Shown here one piece after another: positions 51,563-61,475 of a stretch of DNA of 64,000 nucleotides. Numbering within the stretch: position 1 is the stretch's first letter; the number at the start of each line of letters is the position of its first letter. The position numbers and the translations under genes are program-made. The stretch lies in contig CM000435.1 of assembly GCA_000165345.1 (NCBI GenBank), positions 672,001 to 736,000 on the forward strand. Reading direction: 5' to 3'. The notes beneath the pieces are model-generated. The model was not told the origin of the DNA. It made no database searches and worked only from the letters and a program-made list of their open reading frames with translations.

Positions 51563-53560
51563 TTAAATCTGATTATTTAATTTATAGTTCTTATGCCCTA
51601 TAATATTTGCAAGTTCTATGCTTGCGTTGATCATTTCTGATGATCTCAGTTTATCTTGAATTATGGGGTGTCGTAGAATGTCATCGGTGTTTGGTCTATT
51701 TACTGGGTTTGGGTCCAACATTGACCTAATTAAGAACTTTATTTCATTAGTTCTGTTAGGAACATTTGGAAACTCTAGGCTATTCATTCCTTTAAAAATA
51801 GCCTTGATGCACTCCTCTGGGTCTTCCGGATCAAGCCCATTTCTTGTATCAACTCTGAATGGAACTTGATTATAGCACATTTTGTAAACTGTAATCCCCA
51901 ATGACCAAATATCGCTATAGATGTTATATTCTCCAATAAAGTTGCCGTTCTCATCTTTTGTGAGAAGTTCTGGAGCAGTATATTCCACTGTTCCTGTAAA
52001 ACCATGACGCTGATTTGACAAGATAGTGCATTCTTCCTGATCATCTGACAAAATATTTTGACCTTCAGGCATAATTGAATTAAAATCTGGAATAATTTCT
52101 GATGAAAATAACTTAAAATTTACATTTTTTAAAACTTGCGCAGTTCCAAAGTCTGAAAGTAACGCCTGACAAATAGGCTGTTCAAGAAATTTATCAAAAG
52201 TAATGTGAAGTAAGATATTAGACGGCTTTAGATCTCGATGTAATATTCCTCTATGGTGTAAATGCTGCAAACCAAAGATAATATCGAAAAAAATTTTCCA
52301 TATATGATTTTCATCCATGTATTTTTCTGAGAAATAATTATAATCAAAGTTTAATTCATCACCAATGTATTTTCCATTGCTTTTTGAAAAAGATAAAAGA
52401 TAATTAGCTCTATGTTCATGTTCTTCATAACTTTTTACGTTTCCGCTAAATGTTGGAGCAGAATAAATTAAGGTATCAAGCGACCCAGAGTTACAATATT
52501 CCATTAATTGAAAAAGCCAAGGTACCTTAGGACAAAACTCATTTGAACTGTACATTTCTAACCAGGAATGCCTATATTGCACGATGTTTGGGTGATGCAA
52601 TAATTCACGGATTTTTACTTCTCGCAATACTGCTGAAAGCCAATTTTTATCGTCTCCAACGGGAACTTTTTTTATGGCATATTTTGCTAATGTAATCCCA
52701 TCAAGTACATGGGCGCAAAGATATACTTGACCAAAACTACCACTTCCAAGCTTTCTAATCTCTACAAAGAATTTTTCATAATAGCCTGTCATTAACAAAT
52801 CAGAATTGAGGTTAATTAAGTTATTTATTTCCGCATCAATTCCTTTTGGAGGTTTTATTGTATTAAATTCTAGAATATCTCCTTCATTATTAGCTTCTTT
52901 TGAATCAAAGTTTTTTTCGACAAGGTTATTCATTACAGAATATTGAAGTCTACTTATGCCACTTCTAATATTGATTTGGCGATATAGTTCTTCTAAGAAA
53001 AAAAAGTAATTCTGGTTATCAACACTGTAATTTGCGTACCTTCCATTGAAACGTTTATTTAATTTATCACTAATATCAGAAACATTTCCAAATTCACTAT
53101 TATCTGAGTTATTAAGAAGTGTTTTTGATTTTTCTACTTGAGATTCATTCCCAATGTTAAAGCTGTCGTACCCACGGTTTCTTTGCTCTTGTAAGTTTTT
53201 CAGATTGAATAAATTATCTTCACTGGTTGATTGTTTAAAGCTATTAGAAAAAAATTTGTGTGGTATAATTCTACCACACATTGGGCAATGTAAATTAAAA
53301 TATCGTGATGCAATTGCGAGATTTTCTGGATTAGATCTCTGTATTATTTCATCATGAATTTTTTTATCTTCATTTGTAGAATCAAATAATCTGTTGTATG
53401 GAATTAATGAAGTTGTTAATGAGCTTTCATTATGAGTTATATTTATGTCAGATATAGAATTTTGCTGGCTCTCGAACATTCTGCTCACCATAGTTTGTGG
53501 TGAAATAAAATAAGACATATTGCTTGCATATTTTTTTATATCATTTGCACTTGAGTTCAT
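51563..53560 (-). CDS. Ser/Thr protein kinase with an N-terminal CxxC element and a large insert in the catalytic domain
   Basis: Catalytic motifs LGSGSFGQVY, AIKKV, HRDLKPSNILL, DFGTA, GTVEYTAPELL and DIWSLGITVY. The N-terminus reads LHCPMCGRIIPHKF. The track start at 53602 is TTG, and the first ATG is 53558-53560. Confidence 0.75.
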   Translation of the reverse strand: MNSSANDIKKYASNMSYFISPQTMVSRMFESQQNSISDINITHNESSLTTSLIPYNRLFDSTNEDKKIHDEIIQRSNPENLAIASRYFNLHCPMCGRIIPHKFFSNSFKQSTSEDNLFNLKNLQEQRNRGYDSFNIGNESQVEKSKTLLNNSDNSEFGNVSDISDKLNKRFNGRYANYSVDNQNYFFFLEELYRQINIRSGISRLQYSVMNNLVEKNFDSKEANNEGDILEFNTIKPPKGIDAEINNLINLNSDLLMTGYYEKFFVEIRKLGSGSFGQVYLCAHVLDGITLAKYAIKKVPVGDDKNWLSAVLREVKIRELLHHPNIVQYRHSWLEMYSSNEFCPKVPWLFQLMEYCNSGSLDTLIYSAPTFSGNVKSYEEHEHRANYLLSFSKSNGKYIGDELNFDYNYFSEKYMDENHIWKIFFDIIFGLQHLHHRGILHRDLKPSNILLHITFDKFLEQPICQALLSDFGTAQVLKNVNFKLFSSEIIPDFNSIMPEGQNILSDDQEECTILSNQRHGFTGTVEYTAPELLTKDENGNFIGEYNIYSDIWSLGITVYKMCYNQVPFRVDTRNGLDPEDPEECIKAIFKGMNSLEFPNVPNRTNEIKFLIRSMLDPNPVNRPNTDDILRHPIIQDKLRSSEMINASIELANIIGHKNYKLNNQI

Positions 53561-53855
53561 TATTAAATATATAGCAACGTAAAGATTATAATTAAAAACC
53601 AAAAGTATGTATTAATTAATGATCAATTATACATTTTTTTAAATGATTTCTCTATATCTATTAATTGTTCGATAGTTTAACTTATTCAACTTACATGCGG
53701 TATAAAAATATATTGCAGTTGTGTGGGGATCTTATCAAAGAAAAGTATTCGAAATTTTTTTTAATTAGTAAATAATAATCAAATAAAATAATAACACAGA
53801 AGTTTATGTTCGGCCATTAAAATATCTAACTTTAATTTTATTATCAGAATTTAAA

Positions 53856-55916
53856 ATGGAAATATGCGATGTAATTTGGCTATTATCAATTGGTTTTAAG
53901 TTCAAAGAAAAAATTTTGATTGGAAATTCAGACCTTGAAACTAAGACTATAATAGATAATATGTTTAGATACGAGAAAATCAATGATAATAAATTCTATA
54001 GAGAGATTTCTAGCTCTGAAATTAAAGTAATTCACAGTATTTTTGCACAAATTAATAAGCAATTCGAATTTTCGTTCAAAAGCTCTCCTCATGATTTCAA
54101 ATTGTTAATTTGTCACATAATAGATAAAATACTAATAAATTATAATATTTTAGCAGGAGATACCGATTGCCAATATTATTCAAATAATAATAACAAGTTA
54201 ATGAGACTAGATTTATTTCCAAATCCATACATTTATGGTAACAAATTATTTCTTTATCTGTATAGACTGAAAGTTATTTGCACAGAAAAGCTTGGTTATT
54301 ATGAATGGTCGAACCTACTATCAGAGTTAAATTTAATAATTGAAAAGTACGAAGCGATTAAAGAGATATCAAATCATGTATCTTTTTATGATTCGTTCAA
54401 TGATTTTCTCATTTCTGACTTGGAAAGAATTATTTTAGTTAATAAAAAATCATCTTTAACATTTAATATACTGCAAAATAGCCATGTATTTGGCAATTTA
54501 TCAAAGTTTTCCATATTTTTGAGAGGAATCAATCTCTTAAAAACACCAGAAATGAAAAAGCTAGGTCAACAATATTTATTAAAATCAATTTCAATACAAT
54601 CTTTATCAAAAGTAAATTTCGATAGTTTTAAGTTTTTGGTTGATAAAGCTAATATTTTTCAAAGCGACCAACTGTTTCAAATATATTGTACCATTTCAAT
54701 GTTCATGAATTCAAATGATTTTAGAAACTCTATAAAGTATATTATTCGTGCAGAAAGATTATTAAGAAATCTTTCAAAGTCAGCAAGTATTGGTGCCATT
54801 GTTTTGATAAAAATTTATGTATTAATTTCCAAGCTCTACTTATTAATGCGCAATATAAATGCTAAAGATGGAAGATTTTGTCTATATAATTCTAAGTTTA
54901 ATATATTTGATTGTTTGCCTTACATAATTATTTCTACGTTGGAATTAATTCATTCCGAGATATTGGAAAACTCGAAGTTTCTAACAAAAGAAGAACAGGA
55001 TAAAATTCTTGATCATTTATCTGAATATATTTGCCACTTACAATCAGATTATCCGTCATTATTAACTATGAAGTTTGTTGAAAGTTATCCCAGTGGAGAG
55101 CCTTCAAATAGCCGATATTTGTGTTTGAAAGTTGATAAAAATAAAAAAAAGAATTTAAATTCATTCTTTCCAATTTACAATATTTTTTCATATTTAAATA
55201 CTGCAGAAAATGATCAAGTAAATTATTTATTTGAAGTTAATTCTTTGATTTGCTGGAACAAATTAATTCCTAATTTTCTGCTTTGCTACTCGGAAGTTAA
55301 CTCGATATATAACGAAAATATATATAATAATATTTTTCTTTCACAGCTTGCAGATCAGTTATCATATTACATTCAGATTCTAAACACTTCTAACTCAGAA
55401 TATGCAAAAGCTTTTCCAAAAATTAAGATTGCGGAGTTATGCTTATTTATTAGCCTTTACTCATACTATGCTAAGGATGAAGTATCGAAAGTTTCTGAAT
55501 TTATACTACGAGGTTCAGAAATACTAGAATCTTGTAGTGAGTCATTCAATGTTTGCTCTATTAAGTGCATATTCGCCTATATTGATCTACTAATACATTT
55601 AAGAAGTTCAAATGATATATCAAATATCGAATCACAACTTGGAAGAATTATCAGAAATGGTAAAATGGCTTTTAAATTTATTTATTCAAATCAAACGATT
55701 CCAATGTACAAAAAAAGAGCAGTTAACTTAGCTTTTATTCAGGCATTAACACTATTAATTCTGATAAAGAACGACTTTAGCGCACTGGAAAGCGACGAGT
55801 TAAATATGCATTTACAGTTTGAAAGAAATGAAGTGGTTGAGGAATCCTATATAGATGGTAATATAATCATTTCTAAGTATATCTCTATTACTAGATCACT
55901 AAATAATTGTATTTAG
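53856..55916 (+). CDS. Hypothetical protein (686 aa)
   Basis: ORF with a verified ATG. Its composition suggests an alpha-helical repeat protein. No family recognised. Confidence 0.5.
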   Translation: MEICDVIWLLSIGFKFKEKILIGNSDLETKTIIDNMFRYEKINDNKFYREISSSEIKVIHSIFAQINKQFEFSFKSSPHDFKLLICHIIDKILINYNILAGDTDCQYYSNNNNKLMRLDLFPNPYIYGNKLFLYLYRLKVICTEKLGYYEWSNLLSELNLIIEKYEAIKEISNHVSFYDSFNDFLISDLERIILVNKKSSLTFNILQNSHVFGNLSKFSIFLRGINLLKTPEMKKLGQQYLLKSISIQSLSKVNFDSFKFLVDKANIFQSDQLFQIYCTISMFMNSNDFRNSIKYIIRAERLLRNLSKSASIGAIVLIKIYVLISKLYLLMRNINAKDGRFCLYNSKFNIFDCLPYIIISTLELIHSEILENSKFLTKEEQDKILDHLSEYICHLQSDYPSLLTMKFVESYPSGEPSNSRYLCLKVDKNKKKNLNSFFPIYNIFSYLNTAENDQVNYLFEVNSLICWNKLIPNFLLCYSEVNSIYNENIYNNIFLSQLADQLSYYIQILNTSNSEYAKAFPKIKIAELCLFISLYSYYAKDEVSKVSEFILRGSEILESCSESFNVCSIKCIFAYIDLLIHLRSSNDISNIESQLGRIIRNGKMAFKFIYSNQTIPMYKKRAVNLAFIQALTLLILIKNDFSALESDELNMHLQFERNEVVEESYIDGNIIISKYISITRSLNNCI

Positions 55917-55944
55917 AAAGATAAATTAACATATATACATTTAT

Positions 55945-57609
55945 TTAATAGTATGCTCCTCTACCTTGATAATTACAATAATGGTTGTAAACCTCTGAAT
56001 TGTTACTTGGAATATAGTATTGATTGTGCATCGAATAGTTGGACCATTTTCCTGTATTATAATCTGACATATAATATCCTGAGCTTTGAATATCTTCAGA
56101 TTCAGGAGCATAATAGTAAACAGTTTGTGTATTTGATACATCGTATGAAAATTCTGGGTATTGACTCCCGATCCTTTTACTTTCAACATAGTCGGGGCGG
56201 TGAGTATTAAGTGAGTAATATTCATCGTATGAAATTTGATTAACCGACATATCGTTGATAACTTCGTTTCTTAAACCATCTATAAACTGCGCTCCTTTAG
56301 ACTGCACAGAATTAACAATGCTAAGATCACGATGGGTTTGACTCAGTTGGTTGTCATAATGGCGTTGAAAGTGCCGATTAGAATGATCATAATGCACACC
56401 TTTTTGTGAATAATGGTAGTTGTCATTTTGGTATTCATTTGAATTATTTGCGACTTCATTAGTCCGAATATTATCAAACTTATCTAAACGATCTCCGCAC
56501 ATTTTTGAGTTATTGGAAATTGCTCTAGGCAAAAACTCCTTCGCATTAGGATTGAAAGAAAACTTTGACTTGCGGCTCTTAGATAGGGAATCTTTATTTG
56601 AAAGCTCCTCAGTAGCTTCTGAATGTTCATCATTTGTTTTAGGTTGATTGAGTTCATATACTGATTCATTTTGTAATTTGCTATTAACGCCTTTATTCGA
56701 ATTACTTTGCTCAGTAATGTCTCTATGCACAGAACTAAAATTCATTTCTTCATCATTTTCGAAATTGTTTACAGATGCATTTTTTTGTTCCATCTCGATT
56801 TCACTTGCAAGAATCTCTGCTTTTCTCTTTTCCTCTTCAGATATTTCATTATAATCCAGCGGTGTTGTATACAAATTCTCATCAAAAGTACCCTGAATTC
56901 CGAATTTATTGAGATTTTCTTCAAATTGATCCCAACGATCAATGGGTTCACTACCTAGAATATCCTCAATAATATCTGAACTATGATCCTCGGACATCCA
57001 TGGTTTCAATATGCGTTCGTGCACGTGCCTATCGTCATGACTTATCTCGTTATCAGTCCTAAATGCGTTAATTCCACATATTTTGTTCCCCTTTAATTCC
57101 CCAGAAACTGAATCAAATCTTGTAGGTATTCCATTTGTATTCGTTGTAGAAAGCCTATAAACTGAACCAAGTGGAAACATACAATAGTCCTCAATGGGTT
57201 TTGAAAGCTCATTACTGTATAATTCATGTATTCTTCTACAAAAACGAATACAAACAAACTGTTCGTTACTCCCCTCCTTTTTACTAATTGAGTGAAAAAT
57301 GCCATGATATACTCTGTTGTCAATAAGCTTCAATTCAACTTCACTACCAATCAAAACCAGTATGAATACAGCAAATTCTGTGGAATTACCATTTGTTACT
57401 TCTGCATTTGCAATTCTATCTGAAATTAAGCCACTTCTTGCTTGAATACTATTTGATTCATAGTTTCTTTGAAATGGTTTATTGTTCTTCTTTTTTATGT
57501 TGTATTGATTAAAGCTTTTGTTCATCATGCTTGAGCTTTTCCCATTACTAATTTTAGAGTTTTTTGATTGGTTTCTTAAAACTTTTATATTTGGCTCATT
57601 TGAGTCCAT
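55945..57609 (-). CDS. Ataxin-2 / Pbp1-like protein (Lsm plus LsmAD domains)
   Basis: Lsm-like segment FAVFILVLIGSEVELKLIDNRVYHGIFHSIS, then the LsmAD-like signature IDRWDQFEENLNKFGIQGTFDENLYTTPLD (compare ataxin-2 [26 protein letters not shown]). ATG verified. Confidence 0.6.
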   Translation of the reverse strand: MDSNEPNIKVLRNQSKNSKISNGKSSSMMNKSFNQYNIKKKNNKPFQRNYESNSIQARSGLISDRIANAEVTNGNSTEFAVFILVLIGSEVELKLIDNRVYHGIFHSISKKEGSNEQFVCIRFCRRIHELYSNELSKPIEDYCMFPLGSVYRLSTTNTNGIPTRFDSVSGELKGNKICGINAFRTDNEISHDDRHVHERILKPWMSEDHSSDIIEDILGSEPIDRWDQFEENLNKFGIQGTFDENLYTTPLDYNEISEEEKRKAEILASEIEMEQKNASVNNFENDEEMNFSSVHRDITEQSNSNKGVNSKLQNESVYELNQPKTNDEHSEATEELSNKDSLSKSRKSKFSFNPNAKEFLPRAISNNSKMCGDRLDKFDNIRTNEVANNSNEYQNDNYHYSQKGVHYDHSNRHFQRHYDNQLSQTHRDLSIVNSVQSKGAQFIDGLRNEVINDMSVNQISYDEYYSLNTHRPDYVESKRIGSQYPEFSYDVSNTQTVYYYAPESEDIQSSGYYMSDYNTGKWSNYSMHNQYYIPSNNSEVYNHYCNYQGRGAYY

Positions 57610-57975
57610 TATAATTAATTTAATATTGATAGCTCTGTATTGGCCAAAGTTAGTTACAAAAATATCCTTAATAATTCTTTTTTCACTCCGAAAGCTAATG
57701 TTTAAATAATTCAGTTAAACAACTGAATTAAATCATTAAATTCAGAATGAACCGTAAATTTGCTTTAAATCTATAATTTATAGTACAAATATAAATTTAT
57801 ATTGACCATTAATATGAAGTATAATCTACTAGAACTTGTGATTTCCAAACTAATCCAAGTTTAAATAACTGAAATAACGAGACAATTAAAGAGGCGCCAA
57901 CCCGACTCAAACATCGAGAAGTGTGTAATCTAAAAATTTTACTTGAATTACTGAAATATTTCTTCTTTAGGGCAA

Positions 57976-57998
57976 TGGCGCCATATAGTTTTCGCCCC
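57976..57998. promoter_or_regulatory. GC boxes TGGCGCCATATAG and TTTTCGCCCC in the ataxin-2-like / S1-nuclease divergent promoter
   Basis: Direct reading of the sequence. Confidence 0.35.
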
Positions 57999-58107
57999 TC
58001 CAAAACCCTTTTATTAAATTGGAACAGAATATTAGAATAAGGAAATTATAAACTGAAAAGAGAATAGAAATTATTATATATTTATGTCAAATTAATATAA
58101 ATTACAC

Positions 58108-59358
58108 ATGTTAGTCTTTCTTTCAATTAAATGCACGATTAAAGTATTATTGTTGTTGGGCCAGGTATTGGCATTTGATGCAGAAGGGCATAGTGCAATC
58201 GGAATGACCACTATATCTGGCCTTCAAAATAACTTTTCGCAAAAACTCAGAAGGTTGATGAATGGAAAAGATATTGTTGATATTTCTGGCTGGGGGGAAA
58301 GGGTCTCAAAAAAACACCCCTCAACTCTTCCTTTCCACTTTCAAGGACAAAGTAAAGGCGATTATTTTAAGAATGGAGAACTTGGAAACGATTTTAAAGA
58401 AAAGTTTATTTTGAAGTCAGATAGTAATTGTAAACATACTGGGCATTGCCTTGTACCAATGATTAAGCATTTATATTACCGATTAATCGGAGATAATTCA
58501 AAATTTAAAATAAATTATCCTGAAGGCATACAATTAACTGACTCGGACTCGATAAAATTTCTAATTAATTTAATTGGAGACCTTCATCAGCCCATGCATT
58601 TTGGGTTTATTGAAGATGGTCTTGGAAGGGAAATTAAGGGAATGATGAGTATTAATGGGACAAATGAACGATTATCATTATTTGAAATTTGGGAGAGTGG
58701 CATAGCACGAAAATTAAAAACTGAAAAACCTCAATTTTGGTTTGGCGGATGGACACATATTTTGGCAATAAGAGATATTTTTGACAAGGAATTACTCCTC
58801 TGGAAAGAGAGAGGTATAGAAATGATCAATGACTGGGCTAAAGAAAATTTTGAAATAGTTACTAATGAAATTTACTTTCATCCAATATCAAAGCAACCAA
58901 TCATTGATAATTTTAACGTTGACGTTACATTAGAATTTGCATGGCTTGAAATTTTTCGAAGTAGAATATTAATTGCAGGTGCTAGATTATCAATAATTTT
59001 GAATGATATTTTAAAGTTAAGAGAAGGTAAAGAAAAGCCGTTTCGAGTAACAAATTCATTATTATTATCGAGCGATGAAGATATTAGCCATAATATTTCT
59101 GACCCTATAATTGGTATTAACGTTAACAGGAAACAGACTCTTGAAATCAACGTATTTGGCAAAAAGATAGGTATTTCAGTTTGGATCAGAAATTTGATCA
59201 TAAATCTAATAATAATATTAATTTGTTTGGCAGTTCTTGCGTATATATCAATTTTCAGACTAAGAGACAATTACTCCATTTTAAACAATGCTCAGTTGCC
59301 AGTATCTGAAGTAAAAACAAAAAGTGTTCAGATGAAGCAAACATCAGCTATTGATTGA
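58108..59358 (+). CDS. S1/P1-family nuclease with an N-terminal signal peptide and a C-terminal TM anchor
   Basis: AFDAEGHSAIG (compare P1 WGALGHATVA) and FLINLIGDLHQPMHFGF (compare P1 FLVHFIGDMTQPLH). The signal-like N-terminus is MLVFLSIKCTIKVLLLLGQVLA and the C-terminal TM is LIINLIIILICLAVLAYISIF. Confidence 0.7.
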   Translation: MLVFLSIKCTIKVLLLLGQVLAFDAEGHSAIGMTTISGLQNNFSQKLRRLMNGKDIVDISGWGERVSKKHPSTLPFHFQGQSKGDYFKNGELGNDFKEKFILKSDSNCKHTGHCLVPMIKHLYYRLIGDNSKFKINYPEGIQLTDSDSIKFLINLIGDLHQPMHFGFIEDGLGREIKGMMSINGTNERLSLFEIWESGIARKLKTEKPQFWFGGWTHILAIRDIFDKELLLWKERGIEMINDWAKENFEIVTNEIYFHPISKQPIIDNFNVDVTLEFAWLEIFRSRILIAGARLSIILNDILKLREGKEKPFRVTNSLLLSSDEDISHNISDPIIGINVNRKQTLEINVFGKKIGISVWIRNLIINLIIILICLAVLAYISIFRLRDNYSILNNAQLPVSEVKTKSVQMKQTSAID

Positions 59359-59532
59359 TCTAATATTTTTTGGGCGTTATAGATATCAGGTAATATGAAG
59401 TTATTCATGAAATCTTATTTAGAATTGAAATTTCAAAGAAATATTCATAAAGTTCAGGTTTTATATTTTATCAAAAGTAATACATAAAAGCACAGTAATT
59501 TTAGATTTTTCAATTTAGTTTTAGGAATAAAT

Positions 59533-61263
59533 TTATTTTTTCTTATGCTCAATAATTTGACTGTTAGTTGCCATTTCCTTCCCCATTTCTTTGAGAATGA
59601 TATTACAATCCCATCTTTCGAAAACAACCTCAATTATACAAGCATTTTCAGGGTTTTCAAGAGCAAATTTCAAAGATTTATGGAATTCACCTTCAGTTTT
59701 GCAAATGAATGATGGTATATTTGGAAAACCAAAAGTTTTTGGCAATTTAGAGTATTTCCAATTTGCAATATTGTTATAAGTGTCATCGCAAATTACGCGT
59801 TCTATGGTGTATCCGTCGTTATTTATAATTACAATTATGGGGTTCAGGCAATTTCTAAAAATTGTTGATAAATCTTGAACAGTTACTTGTAGGCTCCCAT
59901 CTCCAATGAAAGAAAATACTCGTTTCTTGCTTGCTATGCATAACCCAAGAGTCGCCCCAACTGTATATCCTATAGATCCAAAGAAACTCTGACCAAAAAA
60001 TTGAGAATTCTTTGTTAGCATCAACTCCAATCCACTAAATAGAGAAATACCTGTTTCTGCAAGAACATTTACTGAATCAGGTAAGGAGGATGCTACTATG
60101 TCGAACATTCTATCAATACTAAGATTTCTTACTGGCTCCAAGCCTAGACCCTTATTTTTTCTATGAGTGAATAGATGCATTGCTTGTGGATAAGGCGGCG
60201 TAGAACCAGAAAAGTTGTACTGTTTAAGTTCTCCTGCTTTGTACAAATTTATCATTCTTTGAATAATGTCTTCAACATAAACTTCTTTAAATTCCTGTTC
60301 CCCAATTTTCGACTTCCCTAAATGATTATAAACCATACAATGTTTAGGCAATTTTTCTGAAAAGAAACCTGTATTGAAGTCCATCATTTTTTCTCCGAGC
60401 ACTATTAAACAATCACTTTCTTCAACGTATTGTTTTACATGTGGATTGCCCTTCTCACCCAAATATATACCCATATATTGAGGATGCTGTTCATCAATTG
60501 TTGTTTTCCCCATTATCATTGCTGAAAAAGGAATTTTTGATATTTCTAATAATTCATTCATTGACTCTGTAGTATGAACTCTTAATAATTCATATCCTAG
60601 TATGAATACGGGCTGCTTTGCGTTTTTAATCAATTGAACAGTTTTCTTCATAACTGCATCTAGTTCAGAAATATTGCTTCTCGAGATTGGTTTTTTCAGT
60701 GGACTTTCAGGTCTTTTAATATATTCATTGACTAAATCTGCGCATAAACATATATATACTGGCTTACTTAATGTAACACATTTAAGCAACGCATTATCAA
60801 TAATTTCAGCAGCTGTTTCTTTTTCTGCAACTTTCACGGCTGAAGCCGTCACTTGCTCGAACATCTTTAATGTCTTAGAATAATCAAATAGTGTGTGATG
60901 TAATAAAGTTCCATTTTTATGGTGCTTCGATATTGGTGCAGAACAAATATGAACTACTGGAACATCTTCTGCAAACGAACCTGCAGTAGCATTAATTGCG
61001 CTTAATTCTCCAACTACAAATGTTGTAGACAATGCTCCAATACCTTTAACTCTTGCATAAGCATCAGCAGCATAGCCTGCATTGAGCTCGTTACATGTTC
61101 CAATATATTTTATTTCGCTGTCCATTACAACATTTAGAAATGAAAGCGCATAGTCACCAGGCACTCCAAAGATGTGATCGCATCCTAACTCTCTTAATCG
61201 GATACACAAGTATTCAGCAACATTTACCATTTCATTACTTGAACTTTCTATAATTGAATTCAT
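59533..61263 (-). CDS. PDC: Pyruvate decarboxylase-like thiamine-diphosphate-dependent 2-oxoacid decarboxylase
   Basis: N-terminus [43 protein letters not shown] (compare yeast Pdc1 YLFERLKQVNVNTVFGLPGDFNLSLL..NELNAAYAADGYARIKG). The TPP motif is [38 protein letters not shown] (Pdc1 [38 protein letters not shown]). Confidence 0.85.
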   Translation of the reverse strand: [576 protein letters not shown]

Positions 61264-61475
61264 TTTAAAGTAAAAATATAATATATTTTGTATTTAATAA
61301 TTCGGAATAAGTTGTAGAATTATCCTTGTAAATAATTATGAAAATAATAAATTAAATTTAGCGCATGCAATACTTTCAATAAAAACCCCACTAAATAGCG
61401 CATGCAACGATACATTCACATGAAAATTAAAGTTCGATTAATATTTATATTTATTATTATTTTGAATTATCTGCG

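Noticed and set aside
55941-57323. Track ORFs 55941..56225(-), 55953..56210(+), 56420..56958(+/-) and 57093..57323(-)
   Set aside because: They overlap the ataxin-2-like gene in other frames or on the other strand, and none has homology support.
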